From: a virus
Lineage: Duplodnaviria > Caudoviricetes
Length of the DNA: 64,000 nucleotides
IMG/VR virus record: IMGVR_UViG_3300045002_000015
Span: 8,781-72,780 of that record
Strand: one strand, 5' to 3'
Positions 27,133-36,713 of this stretch are shown one piece after another; the first letter of the stretch is position 1; each line of letters starts with the position of its first letter. The position numbers and the translations under genes were made by a program. The notes under the pieces were generated by a model. It had not been told where the DNA came from. It searched no databases and worked only from the letters and a program-made list of their open reading frames with translations.

Positions 27133-28298
27133 GCGACGTCTATGACGGCCGGTTCGATGACCTGCCCGCGCCACGCACGCCGGAAACGCCACTGCCAGCG
27201 CAGCGCGCCGGACAAGGCACCATGGTGGAGCAGGCGCGCGCCATCGCCGAAGTCCGTGCCGCCGTGATGATCGCCCGCGACAATCCGCGCGATCGCTCCG
27301 CCGCGATCAACGAGATGCGGGAGATATGCAGCATTCCTTGGCTCGCCGAGCGCGCGTTCTTCCGCGTCCAACGCGGCAAGGAATTCGTCAACGGCGAAAC
27401 CATCCACCTGGCGCGCGAACTGGCGCGCTGCTGGGGCAATATCGACTATGGCGTGAAGGAGCTGCTGCGCGACGATGCCAAGGGCCAATCCGAACTGCTG
27501 GCCTTCGCCTGGGATTTGCAGACCAATGCCCGGAGCGAGATTACCTTCGTCGTGCCGCATCGGCGCGATACCCGCAGCGGACCGCGCCCGCTGACCGGGA
27601 CGCAGGAAATATACGAAAACAACGCCAGCTATGCAGGCCGGCGACTGCGCGAAGCGATCTTCGCCGTGCTGCCGGTCTGGTTCAAGGCCGAGGCGGCCGA
27701 GATTTGTCACCGCACGCTCGAACAAGGCGGTGGCAAGCCGCTCAGTATGCGCATCGCCGATCTGCGCAGCGCCTTCGAGTCGATCGGCGTCGGTGCGGCG
27801 CAGTTGGAGAAGAAGCGCGGCCGGAAGGTCGACGATTTCCTGGCCGAGGACGTCGCCGCGCTGCGCGTCATCTATCTCTCGATCAAACGCAATGAGGTCA
27901 CCATCGCCGAGGAATTCCCGCCCGAAGAGTCTCCAGCCAAGGCAGGCCCACCCCGGGCGGAGCCGCCGGCCGATGCCGATGCCTTCGAACGCGCCGCCGC
28001 CGGGGCGCCGGCGGGCGAACGGCCTGGGCCGGCCCAGGAAGCGCCAGCCGAGACCGCGCCGCCGTCCAACGCGGAAGCCGAGAAGCCGGCCGACAAACCG
28101 GCCAGGAAGCCGCAGAACGGCGCCGAGACGGTAGACGCCTTCCTGGCGCGGCTGGCCAAGCTCAGCCTTACCGAGGTCCAGCGCCTCGAAACCAGCGCGA
28201 CCTTCAAGGCGTGGTATCGCGATCTGGACGCGGAGGCGCAAAAGCAGGTCTCGGGCCGCATCGCCGACCGCCTCGCCGCGCCTCTCCGCGCCGGGTAA
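27129..28298 (+). CDS. Putative phage single-strand annealing/recombination protein (RecT position)
   Basis: Follows exonuclease; GETIHLARELARCWGNI..AWDLQTN..RRLREAIFAVLP; low-complexity acidic/Pro tail. Confidence 0.55.
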   Translation: MSDVYDGRFDDLPAPRTPETPLPAQRAGQGTMVEQARAIAEVRAAVMIARDNPRDRSAAINEMREICSIPWLAERAFFRVQRGKEFVNGETIHLARELARCWGNIDYGVKELLRDDAKGQSELLAFAWDLQTNARSEITFVVPHRRDTRSGPRPLTGTQEIYENNASYAGRRLREAIFAVLPVWFKAEAAEICHRTLEQGGGKPLSMRIADLRSAFESIGVGAAQLEKKRGRKVDDFLAEDVAALRVIYLSIKRNEVTIAEEFPPEESPAKAGPPRAEPPADADAFERAAAGAPAGERPGPAQEAPAETAPPSNAEAEKPADKPARKPQNGAETVDAFLARLAKLSLTEVQRLETSATFKAWYRDLDAEAQKQVSGRIADRLAAPLRAG

Positions 28299-28310
28299 AA
28301 GGGGGAAACG

Positions 28311-28739
28311 TTGACCGATCACGATCCGGAACGCCTCAAAGTCACATCCCGCGCCGTTCTGGAGCTATTGGAGGACCGGCTCGGCGGGGATCCCCAGGGC
28401 ATCGCCGCAGTGCTGGGCGCCGTCGTCGGCAGCTTCGCGCTCGCTAGCAACGACCCGCTGCTGGCGTTGCAGATGGTCGAGACTTACGCCGGCGAGATAG
28501 TCACAGACCTGTCGCCCGCGCTGATCCGCAGCAGGAGGGCGCTCAGTGTGGCGACCGACGCCAAGCTGGTTCTACGGGTGATCAAACGGGAAGGGATACC
28601 GGCAGAGCACGCGCTCGCGATCGCCGGCACCGTCGCCTACGGGCTGCTGCGCGAGGCCGCGTCATCGGCGGAGCAGCGGCGGCGGATGACCGATGACCTG
28701 ATACGGGTCCTGGTGAACGGTCCGCCGAAGCGGCAATGA
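28311..28739 (+). CDS. Hypothetical protein
   Basis: 142 aa with internal two-fold helical repeat. Confidence 0.55.
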   Translation: MTDHDPERLKVTSRAVLELLEDRLGGDPQGIAAVLGAVVGSFALASNDPLLALQMVETYAGEIVTDLSPALIRSRRALSVATDAKLVLRVIKREGIPAEHALAIAGTVAYGLLREAASSAEQRRRMTDDLIRVLVNGPPKRQ

Positions 28740-28846
28740 ACGGCGTTTTCGGTTAATCGCGCTGTCACAAAGCCACCGGCCCGCGCAAGCGGCACTTACG
28801 AAAATCGCTGGCGCCAGCGGACAAAGCCTGCAATACCCTCGCCCGC

Positions 28847-29119
28847 ATGGCGAAACGCCCGCCCGCTGATTCGGTCCCCCCGGACAGTTCGGTGTCCCGG
28901 ATCACCACAGCGCTCGGCGCCAATGTCCGCCTCGCACGCATCCGAAAAAATATGACGCAGCAAGAGCTTGCCGACCTGGTGGGCGTCCATGTCGCGCGCG
29001 TATCCGCGCTCGAGAAAGGCCATGGTAACCCGCGCCTTAGTACCCTGGTGCGTTTCGCCGCCGCGCTCGGGCTTTGCGTTAACGCGCTTGTCACGCGCGC
29101 GTCGCGCCGCGGCCAATAG
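28847..29119 (+). CDS. XRE-family HTH regulator
   Basis: LGANVRLARIRKNMTQQELADLVGVHVARVSALEKGHGNPRLSTL. Confidence 0.85.
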   Translation: MAKRPPADSVPPDSSVSRITTALGANVRLARIRKNMTQQELADLVGVHVARVSALEKGHGNPRLSTLVRFAAALGLCVNALVTRASRRGQ

Positions 29120-29186
29120 CGATATACCGCAAAATTAACTTGACGCCACGAGTCCGCCCATGCGGATATGCCGAGCGGTATATCGC
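29119..29186. promoter_or_regulatory. 12-bp inverted repeat flanking a TTGACG box upstream of the T4SS operon
   Basis: GCGATATACCGC (29119-29130) and GCGGTATATCGC (29175-29186); TTGACG at 29140. Confidence 0.7.
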
Positions 29187-29203
29187 AATAGGGAGGGCGC
29201 AAC

Positions 29204-29428
29204 ATGGCGGCGGACCGGTCACCCCAAAGTCTCCCGCCGCCATCGCGCGTCGCGCTCTGCGGTATGCGCACCATCCTGGAGACCCCGGAAACCGACCGCA
29301 CTTGCATAATCTGCCACCTGCCGCGCCGGCCGGACTGTTTCGACGGCTACATCGTGGTGGCAAGCATGTGGTGCCCGAACCTGCGCGCCGCCGATCCGGC
29401 GCAAAACGAGCCGGTCGAGGTCGCCTGA
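29204..29428 (+). CDS. Small Cys-containing protein
   Basis: CIICH, C..WC; GGGAGG RBS. Confidence 0.5.
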   Translation: MAADRSPQSLPPPSRVALCGMRTILETPETDRTCIICHLPRRPDCFDGYIVVASMWCPNLRAADPAQNEPVEVA

Positions 29429-29429
29429 C

Positions 29430-29909
29430 ATGGCGGTGCTCACCCCAGCGGTCTATATGCAGATCGCGCTCGCCTGCGGCAACGGCGCCGATCCGCGGCT
29501 GATTGATGCGATTGCTGCGGTTGAGTCGGGGCGCGATACCGCCGCCGTCAATCGCAACGCCAACGGCACCATCGATGCCGGGCCGATGCAGATCAATTCC
29601 AGTCATTTCGGCGAATTCGGCCTAAACGCCCAGGCGGTGCGCGATCCCTGCACGGCGATCCGCACAGGGGTTGCCATTCTCGCGCAGGCGGCGGGCGGCA
29701 TGGATGCGCTTCAGCCGGAGGCCGTCGATCGGCTTGCCGACCGGCTCGCCGCCGGGGTGTCGGCCTACAACACCGGCTCGCCCACCGCAGGTATCAGCAA
29801 CGGCTATCTGCGCAAGGTCATGGATGCGTTCCGTGGCCGGCCATCGACGCCGCCACGACCGACGCGAACGCTCGCCAGTCAATTTCCGAAAATCGGGGAA
29901 GGTCGCTGA
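29430..29909 (+). CDS. virB1: Lytic transglycosylase, VirB1-like
   Basis: AIAAVESG, GPMQINS, SAYNTG SLT motifs. Confidence 0.9.
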   Translation: MAVLTPAVYMQIALACGNGADPRLIDAIAAVESGRDTAAVNRNANGTIDAGPMQINSSHFGEFGLNAQAVRDPCTAIRTGVAILAQAAGGMDALQPEAVDRLADRLAAGVSAYNTGSPTAGISNGYLRKVMDAFRGRPSTPPRPTRTLASQFPKIGEGR

Positions 29910-30103
29910 TGGCTGCCCAACTGGGTTACTGGATCGGCCAGTTTCAATCCTGGCAGAACGATCTCGCTGTTCTCGCAATGATCGTGATCGTCGCGCTGGC
30001 GCTGTTCCACGTCATCAGCGGGCGCACCATGATCTTCGCCTTTATCTGCGTGGCTCTGCTATTCACGATCGTCTCGCTCATTCGCGGCGCGCCGACCGGT
30101 TGA
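29909..30103 (+). CDS. Pilin-like small hydrophobic protein (VirB2 position)
   Basis: 64 aa with two hydrophobic helices between virB1 and virB3. Confidence 0.55.
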   Translation: MAAQLGYWIGQFQSWQNDLAVLAMIVIVALALFHVISGRTMIFAFICVALLFTIVSLIRGAPTG

Positions 30104-30107
30104 GACG

Positions 30108-30458
30108 ATGGCGCTGCGCGACTATGAGGAGCCGTTGTTCGTCGCGATCACACAGCCGATGATGCTTTTCGGCGTGCCCGTCGAGGGCTTCGGCATCAAT
30201 ATCGGCGTCTGGTATCTGGCATACTTCTTTTGGGGCCATGCCAATCCTCTCTCCATCCGTGGCTTGGAGTCATTGCTGATCGGCCCGGCTCTACACATGG
30301 CAATGAGTGTCTGTGTTGCCTACGATCCCAACATATTCCGGCTGCTGTTTCTTTGGATCGACACGCGCGGCATTCAGCCGCGCCGGCAATCAGTGCTCTG
30401 GGCCGCCCGCTGGTGGCACGCGCGCACCGACGACGAGATCAACTGGGGCAGCCTTTGA
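30108..30458 (+). CDS. virB3: T4SS VirB3
   Basis: PLFVAITQPMMLFGVP..YDPNIFRLL. Confidence 0.85.
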   Translation: MALRDYEEPLFVAITQPMMLFGVPVEGFGINIGVWYLAYFFWGHANPLSIRGLESLLIGPALHMAMSVCVAYDPNIFRLLFLWIDTRGIQPRRQSVLWAARWWHARTDDEINWGSL

Positions 30459-32875
30459 GTCCGTGGCGCACCATCCTGCCGCGCCTGCTGAAATGGATGG
30501 AGCACGAGATCGGCCACTACGTTCCGCTGCGGCGCCATTCCGACACCGACGACCGCATTGTGGTCCTCAATGACGGCTCGCCATTCGCGATGTTTGAACT
30601 CGCCGGCGTGCCGTTCGAGACCGAGGAGGACGTCGACGTCGTCGCGCGTGTCTCGCGGCTGAACGCGAGCTGGAAGCAGTTGGCCACCGATGGACTGATC
30701 ATCACCGTATGGCAGACCCGCACGCCGGTGGTTTCCGACGTTTACCCCAGGCACCGGTTCGCCGAGCCGGCCGCGCGGTGGATCGATGACGCCTATGCCG
30801 ATCATCTGGTCGCGAACAGCCTTTACAGCAATCGCATCTTCGTCGGCTTGCAGCTTCGGGCCTCGCACATCGTGGTGGGAGAGGCCGCCGGCGAATATTT
30901 CGCCGCCGTCAAGCGCGGCAAGGTGCAGGAGGAAGATGTCGGGCGCACCGCCCAATTGATCCGGATCGCCGATCTGGCGCTGCGCGAACTGCGCGAATAC
31001 CAGCCGCGCCAACTCGGCATCCGCACCGAAGGCCGCACTGATTATTCAGAGATCGCCGAGGCGCTGATGCTGGCCACCACCGGCATCTGGCGCAAAGTGC
31101 CGTTGACCACCGGGCCGCTGGGCGAGTCGATGTTCCGCGAGCACGTGGTGTTCGACGGCGACGTCATCAAGTTCCTCGAACCGGGCGCGCCGTGGTATGG
31201 CGCCGTGCTGGGCTTCCGGCATTTCCCGCAGCCCACCTTCCCCGGCATGTTCAACAACCTGCTGACCGCCGAGACAGCACTCACCGTCTGCCATACATTC
31301 CGCTGCATTCCGACCGAAGCCGCCAAGGCGATCATGGGGCGCAAGCAGTGGAAGGCGATGGTGACCAACTCGACGGCCATCGCCCAGCAAGGCTCGCTCG
31401 CCAAGGAAGCCGGCGCGTTGAGCAACGCGGATTACATTCTCGGCGATTACAACTTCACCTGCCTGGTCTTCAACCAGGACCCGGTGCAGCTTGGCCGCTG
31501 CGCCAACGCCGCCTGGGGATACATCGCCGACGGTGGCGCCATCACGACGCGCGAGAACACGCTCGCGATCGAGGCCGCCTGGGCCAGCGTCCTGCCGGGC
31601 AACGCCGCGCTGCGCGCCCGCCCGGGCTACATCAAGTCGAAGAATTTTGTCGGCATGGCGCCGCTGCACCGCTACGAGACCGGCAAGCGCGTGGGTTTCT
31701 GGGGCAAACCGGCCTTTATCTTCCGCACCGGCTCGGGCGAGCCTTTCCACTATCACATCCACAACGGCGACCTCGGCAACACCTTCATTTGCGGCATGAG
31801 CGGCAGCGGCAAGACCACCTGCATGGGCGCGATCGTCGCGCTCTCGGGGCGCTGCGATGTGCGGACCAATATCGGCTACGACAAGGATCGCGGCCTGAAG
31901 GTGCTGATCCGCGCGCTCGGCGGAAACTATGTCGAACTCGGCGGTCCCTTCCTCGCACCATTGAAGCGGCTGCATCCCGACCCGCGCAAGCCGATCCATC
32001 CCGATGACATGGCGTTCCTGCTGCGCCTGGTGCGCGGCGCCATCAAGCGCGACGGCAAGGGCGAACTCTCGGCCGAGGATGATCGCCGCCTGCCGATCGG
32101 TCTGGAGACGCTGTTGCGGCTGCCGCCAACTGAACGGTGGCTGGAGGAACTGTGCGGCTTTCTCGGCATGGACGACGGCCATGCCGGCGCCCGGCTCGCC
32201 AAGTGGTGCTGGGGACAGGAACTCGGCTGGGTGTTCGACGCGCCGGAGGACACTGTCGCCTTCGACAACCGCTGGAATTTCTTCGATCAGACGGCGATCC
32301 TGGACCACGCCGAGGCGCGCGGTCCGACCATCGCCATCCTGCATTACTATACCACGAAGCTGTTGGACGGCCGCCGGCTGCTCGAGAGCTTCGATGAACT
32401 CAACAAGTCGATGACCGAGATCGAGTTTGCGCCCATCATCAACGATGCATTGCGCGTGATCCGTAAACTTGGCGGCGCCACGTTCCTTGCGACGCAATCG
32501 CCGCACGATATCACCACGCATCCGCATCTCGGGCACGTCGTGCGCGAGCAGATCGCCAACATGTTCATGTTCGCCAATCCGCGCGGGCAATGGATCGACT
32601 ATGGCGAAGATGGCGGCTTCGGCTGCACCAAGCGCGAGTTTGAGATCATCAAGGCGCTGCCGAAAGGCGAAGGCAAGTTCCTGTTGAAGGGACTGAACGC
32701 GTCGCAGGTCCTCCAGATGCCGCTGCCGGACGACGTGGCGGCGGTGATCTCGGGCCGGGAGGAAGACACGCGGCTGTTCGATCGCATCGCGATCGAGGAG
32801 GAGCAGGACAATCGCGCGACGCTGGCGCGCTGGCTTAGGGAGCGCAAGCAACGCGAACTGGAGGAAGCGGCGTGA
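30455..32875 (+). CDS. virB4: T4SS ATPase VirB4
   Basis: GMSGSGKTT Walker A, YDKDRG, FDE, RKLGG, TQSP; start set at TTG overlapping virB3 stop. Confidence 0.95.
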   Translation: MSPWRTILPRLLKWMEHEIGHYVPLRRHSDTDDRIVVLNDGSPFAMFELAGVPFETEEDVDVVARVSRLNASWKQLATDGLIITVWQTRTPVVSDVYPRHRFAEPAARWIDDAYADHLVANSLYSNRIFVGLQLRASHIVVGEAAGEYFAAVKRGKVQEEDVGRTAQLIRIADLALRELREYQPRQLGIRTEGRTDYSEIAEALMLATTGIWRKVPLTTGPLGESMFREHVVFDGDVIKFLEPGAPWYGAVLGFRHFPQPTFPGMFNNLLTAETALTVCHTFRCIPTEAAKAIMGRKQWKAMVTNSTAIAQQGSLAKEAGALSNADYILGDYNFTCLVFNQDPVQLGRCANAAWGYIADGGAITTRENTLAIEAAWASVLPGNAALRARPGYIKSKNFVGMAPLHRYETGKRVGFWGKPAFIFRTGSGEPFHYHIHNGDLGNTFICGMSGSGKTTCMGAIVALSGRCDVRTNIGYDKDRGLKVLIRALGGNYVELGGPFLAPLKRLHPDPRKPIHPDDMAFLLRLVRGAIKRDGKGELSAEDDRRLPIGLETLLRLPPTERWLEELCGFLGMDDGHAGARLAKWCWGQELGWVFDAPEDTVAFDNRWNFFDQTAILDHAEARGPTIAILHYYTTKLLDGRRLLESFDELNKSMTEIEFAPIINDALRVIRKLGGATFLATQSPHDITTHPHLGHVVREQIANMFMFANPRGQWIDYGEDGGFGCTKREFEIIKALPKGEGKFLLKGLNASQVLQMPLPDDVAAVISGREEDTRLFDRIAIEEEQDNRATLARWLRERKQRELEEAA

Positions 32876-33627
32876 GGCGCGCGCTCCTCGCGGCTTGCGG
32901 CTGTCTGGCGCTGCTGCGTCCGGCCACGGTCTCCGCCGATGTGCCCGTGGTCGATGCGCAGGCATTGATCGCGCACGCCAAAGAGTTGGTGCAGGATATC
33001 AAAGGCTATGTCCTGCAAATCCAGCAATACACCACGGAATTGCAACAACTCGCCAGCCTCGAGGTGCAGATTCAGTCGACCATCCAGCATCCCTCGCTGG
33101 GCGCCGCTGCGGGGCTGTTGGGCCGGTTCGGCATCCAGGACCCGCTAGGCGGCTTGCCGAGCATCTACTCGGTCATGGCGCTCACCTCGGGCCTGGGCAG
33201 CGGCCAGGGATTGCAGAGCATCGCGTCGCGCATTGCCGGTCTCAATGCGATCTTCAGCAGCATGGGGACGGTCAACAAAGTCTATGACTGCACCGACCAG
33301 TCATTCGCCTGTCAGCAGCAGCAGCAAGCCGCCCGCGCCAACGCCGGCTATCAGGGCATCATCGGGCAAATCTATACGCAACTGCAAAACCACCTGAATA
33401 TTACCAACGCGCTGCGCGACAATCTCGCGACCTCCACCGATCCGGCGCAGCGCGAGAACGCGATCGCGCAACTGACCGCCGAGCAGAACTGGGCGACCAC
33501 CGCGATCGGGCAATTGCAGTCCGCCACCGCGCTCTATCAGGCGCAGCGCCAGGCGAACGCCGACCGTGACGACGAGCGGCTGAACCAGGATATCGACGCG
33601 ATCCTCGCGCATGTGCCGAAAGGATAA
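32872..33627 (+). CDS. virB5: T4SS VirB5-like minor pilin
   Basis: Signal peptide plus ADVPVVD, Gln-rich helical body. Confidence 0.75.
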   Translation: MRRALLAACGCLALLRPATVSADVPVVDAQALIAHAKELVQDIKGYVLQIQQYTTELQQLASLEVQIQSTIQHPSLGAAAGLLGRFGIQDPLGGLPSIYSVMALTSGLGSGQGLQSIASRIAGLNAIFSSMGTVNKVYDCTDQSFACQQQQQAARANAGYQGIIGQIYTQLQNHLNITNALRDNLATSTDPAQRENAIAQLTAEQNWATTAIGQLQSATALYQAQRQANADRDDERLNQDIDAILAHVPKG

Positions 33628-33631
33628 CCTT

Positions 33632-34036
33632 ATGGTCCGCGCCCTCCTGATCGCCTTGTCATTGCTCGCACTCTGGCTGGTTATCGTGCGCGGCCCCGCT
33701 GCGGCGGGCGAATATCGCTCGGCCCAATGGTATGCCGATCATCCGGCGCAGCGGTTCCGGGTCAACGAAGCCTGCAAGAACTGGCCGGGCGAGGCGCATC
33801 GCAACGCGAATTGCGAGAACGCCTTCCAGGGCGGTCTGGTCGCCGATGCGCGCGCCGCCCAGGCCCGCATGGGCGGCGCCGCCAATATCGGCGGCCCCTC
33901 TCTCGCGTGGTGGCGCGCCCATCCCACGAACCGGGACTACTGGGCCGCGCAATGCCGGATCGCCATGCAGAACCACGCGCGCGCGGAAACGCTCGCCGGG
34001 ATGTGGTGCCCGGCCGTGTTCGCCTCGGGAGGCTGA
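33632..34036 (+). CDS. Entry-exclusion-like (EexN-type) exported protein
   Basis: WYADHP..ACKNWPG..NCENA pattern; between virB5 and virB6. Confidence 0.55.
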   Translation: MVRALLIALSLLALWLVIVRGPAAAGEYRSAQWYADHPAQRFRVNEACKNWPGEAHRNANCENAFQGGLVADARAAQARMGGAANIGGPSLAWWRAHPTNRDYWAAQCRIAMQNHARAETLAGMWCPAVFASGG

Positions 34037-34040
34037 TCAG

Positions 34041-34310
34041 ATGCTGACCCCGCCCGACGTCGCCGCGGACATGACGGCGCTGGCCCAGAGCTGCCAAGCC
34101 TGGGAGGCGGCGCAAGGCCAGTTGTTCGTCGCGCAACAGGCCGCGCAGATGCAACGCCCCGTCGTGGTCTGTGAAGTCGTGCTCGATCACCATATGCCGG
34201 TGATCATCGGCGGCATGTATGGCTTCGCCGCCGCCATCATCGTCTGCTTTGCGTTCGCCGCCCTCAAGCGCCTCGGCAAGCGCGTATGGGCATTTGCGAA
34301 GGCGGCATAG
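34041..34310 (+). CDS. Small membrane protein
   Basis: C-terminal TM; GGAGG RBS. Confidence 0.5.
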   Translation: MLTPPDVAADMTALAQSCQAWEAAQGQLFVAQQAAQMQRPVVVCEVVLDHHMPVIIGGMYGFAAAIIVCFAFAALKRLGKRVWAFAKAA

Positions 34311-34313
34311 CGA

Positions 34314-35414
34314 ATGGACCCACTCGCCACGGCAATGGCCGACGCCGCCCAGCCGATGGGCGATCCGAATGCGATCGGCATCAACTGGACATTGTTCTCC
34401 GGGGTGTTCGCCGCGATCGATACACCCACCCGCAATGCGGTGCAGGCGATCGACGCCAGCCTCGCCGGCGTGGTCGCGCCACTCATTCGCGACGCGTTGA
34501 CGCTCTATCTGCTGATTATGATCGTCGCCGCGCTGTTCTCGGCCGAAGGCGGCAATATCCTCGGCCAGGTCATGAAGCAGGCGTTGCGCGGCGCCTTTAT
34601 CGGCATGCTGCTGTCCAACGCCGGGCTGTTCAATGAGCACGTCGCGCAGCCGTTGCTCGTCGATTTCCCGAACGAATTGATCCAGGGAGTCGTCGCGAAC
34701 CTCGGCGGCGGCACGGTCACCAATGGCGGCGGCCCGTTCGATGACGTCTGGAACCACGCGTTTGCCGCCGGGCTGGTGGTCTACAAAAACCTCCCCTCGC
34801 TCAGCGTCAAAGGTTTCATGCTGACGCTCTGCGTCCTGACCTTCTGGCTGGTGTCGCTCGCCACGGTCTCCATCGGCTTTATCATTTTCCTGGCCTGCCA
34901 CGTCATTCAATCGCTGATGGTTGCCGTCGCCCCGCTCGCGGCCGGCTGCGCCATGGTCCCGGTGACCCGGCCATGGTTCGCCGGCTGGTACAACACCGTG
35001 GCCGGCGTGCTGGTCGCGCAGGTGCTGGTGACGGGCCTCATGTCGCTGATGATCCTCGTGCAGACGACGGAACTGGCGCGCATCGCCGCCCAGCCGGCCG
35101 GCGCCAACGAAGTCGGACAGGTCGCCGCCCTGCTCGGTGTGGCCGGCATTATTTTCATCTGCGCGATCATCGCCAAGATGATCCCCAACTTCGCCATGGC
35201 GATCGCCGGCGGCGCCTACGTCCATACCCAGGCATTCGTCTCGGCCGCCGGTTCGACGATGCAGGCGGGCGCCACCGCCGCCGCTGCGGCGCTGCGGGCG
35301 GCCACCTTCGGGCCGCATGGCCTATGGGGCGGAACATCGCCCGCCGTCTCAGGGTTCCAGCGCGCCAATCCGCACTTTGCCGGCGCCGCACTGGGCGGTC
35401 ACTACGCACCATGA
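34314..35414 (+). CDS. virB6: T4SS VirB6/TrbL
   Basis: Polytopic membrane protein, VAPL..VTRPWFAGW, Ala-rich tail. Confidence 0.85.
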   Translation: MDPLATAMADAAQPMGDPNAIGINWTLFSGVFAAIDTPTRNAVQAIDASLAGVVAPLIRDALTLYLLIMIVAALFSAEGGNILGQVMKQALRGAFIGMLLSNAGLFNEHVAQPLLVDFPNELIQGVVANLGGGTVTNGGGPFDDVWNHAFAAGLVVYKNLPSLSVKGFMLTLCVLTFWLVSLATVSIGFIIFLACHVIQSLMVAVAPLAAGCAMVPVTRPWFAGWYNTVAGVLVAQVLVTGLMSLMILVQTTELARIAAQPAGANEVGQVAALLGVAGIIFICAIIAKMIPNFAMAIAGGAYVHTQAFVSAAGSTMQAGATAAAAALRAATFGPHGLWGGTSPAVSGFQRANPHFAGAALGGHYAP

Positions 35415-35427
35415 GGGAGGAGGCAGT

Positions 35428-35793
35428 ATGAGCTTCGAACGTCCGCAGCGTCCCTGGTCGGAACCGGGGCCGTATCTGCCACCGCCGCCGGATCGCAGGC
35501 CGCGCTTCGTGCGGCCGATGACGTCGCGCCAGTTCGGCGGCGCGGTGGTGTTCTGGACCGTCGTGGCACTGGCCGCGGTGCTCTGGACGCTGTCCGGCAT
35601 CGAGCGCTGCATCGCGATCTTCAGTGACTTCGCCCACGCCGCACCGACGCCATTCTTCTGGGCGGCGACCGCGGTGCTTGCCGGGCCGGCGATTGCATAC
35701 CTCGCCTGCAAACTGATCGGGCGCGTCGCGCGGAACTGGTGGGCTTTCGAGGGCGACGCCGCCCAGGTCATCTATGGCCGGAGGCGCCGCTGA
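35428..35793 (+). CDS. Membrane protein (2 TM)
   Basis: GGAGGAGG RBS; hydrophobic segments. Confidence 0.55.
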   Translation: MSFERPQRPWSEPGPYLPPPPDRRPRFVRPMTSRQFGGAVVFWTVVALAAVLWTLSGIERCIAIFSDFAHAAPTPFFWAATAVLAGPAIAYLACKLIGRVARNWWAFEGDAAQVIYGRRRR

Positions 35794-35975
35794 TGCGCTG
35801 GCTGATGCTCGGCCTGCTGGGCCTGCTTGCCGCCTGCGGCAATATCGAGCGCCCGCTCGCTTATACCTCGGTTGATGATCCGATCTGGCAGCTTCCGCCT
35901 GATCCCGAGGGCGGTGGCAATGCCTTCTCGCATCCACCGGTGGCCGGCAACGGCCGCATCAGGAACGGCCTCTGA
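35793..35975 (+). CDS. VirB7-like lipoprotein
   Basis: MRWLMLGLLGLLAAC lipobox; directly before virB8. Confidence 0.7.
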   Translation: MRWLMLGLLGLLAACGNIERPLAYTSVDDPIWQLPPDPEGGGNAFSHPPVAGNGRIRNGL

Positions 35976-36713
35976 ATGGACGACCAGGTCATCGACGACA
36001 CGTGGCGGGCCGTCCCCGTCCCGCCCGAATTGCGCGGCGCAGTGCTGAAGGAACAGCGGTCGTTCGCGGCGATCGCCAAGCAGGAACGTCTCGCTTCCGC
36101 GCGCTGGGCACGCTGGTCGGCGCTGGCGTCCAATGTGGGCACCCTGATCACCATCGCCATCCTCGGGCTGGTGCATTACCGCCAGCAGCCGCAGCCGCCG
36201 CAGTTCATCGTGCTGAACAGAACCGATGCCGGCGTGGCCTACAGTGCGGTGCCAGCCAAGGACGCGGCGAAGCTGTTCGACTCCATCGATCGCCAGGACG
36301 ATGTGCAAAAATACGTCAGCAACCGGCTCGGCTACATCGACGTCATGGACCACGAGCAGTGGGCCACCGTGCGCGCCATGTCCACGCCCGAGCAGTTCCT
36401 CGAATACGAGGCATGGCGCAAGTCGCCGCTATCGCCGCAGAAGCAACTCAATACCGACGGCCATGTGCTGCTGACCGACTGGATGGATGATCCGCACCCG
36501 ATCCACTCGGCCGACGATGTGTGGAGCTACACGATCACGGTGCGAACGCAGCAGGTCAAAGGCCAGCGCATCGAACCCGGCAAGGAAACGTGGCGTGTCA
36601 CATTGAGCTTCCGCTACGTGCCCGACCTCAAAATGCTCAACAACCTCGAGGACCGGCGCCGTAATCGCCGGGGCTTCCAATGCATCACGTTCAAGCAGGA
36701 CCAGCTATCGTGA
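35976..36713 (+). CDS. virB8: T4SS VirB8
   Basis: Single TM then PQFIVLNRTD, YVSNRLGY, NRRGFQCITFKQD. Confidence 0.85.
   Translation: MDDQVIDDTWRAVPVPPELRGAVLKEQRSFAAIAKQERLASARWARWSALASNVGTLITIAILGLVHYRQQPQPPQFIVLNRTDAGVAYSAVPAKDAAKLFDSIDRQDDVQKYVSNRLGYIDVMDHEQWATVRAMSTPEQFLEYEAWRKSPLSPQKQLNTDGHVLLTDWMDDPHPIHSADDVWSYTITVRTQQVKGQRIEPGKETWRVTLSFRYVPDLKMLNNLEDRRRNRRGFQCITFKQDQLS

Larger units (their letters stand above)
1..29119. mobile_element. Temperate prophage-like region (head/packaging, replication, immunity switch, recombination); continues beyond left edge
   Basis: MuF, portal, terL, terS, ParB-MTase, VapE, Prim-Pol, VRR-NUC, cro/cI and exonuclease in lambdoid-like order. Confidence 0.9.
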
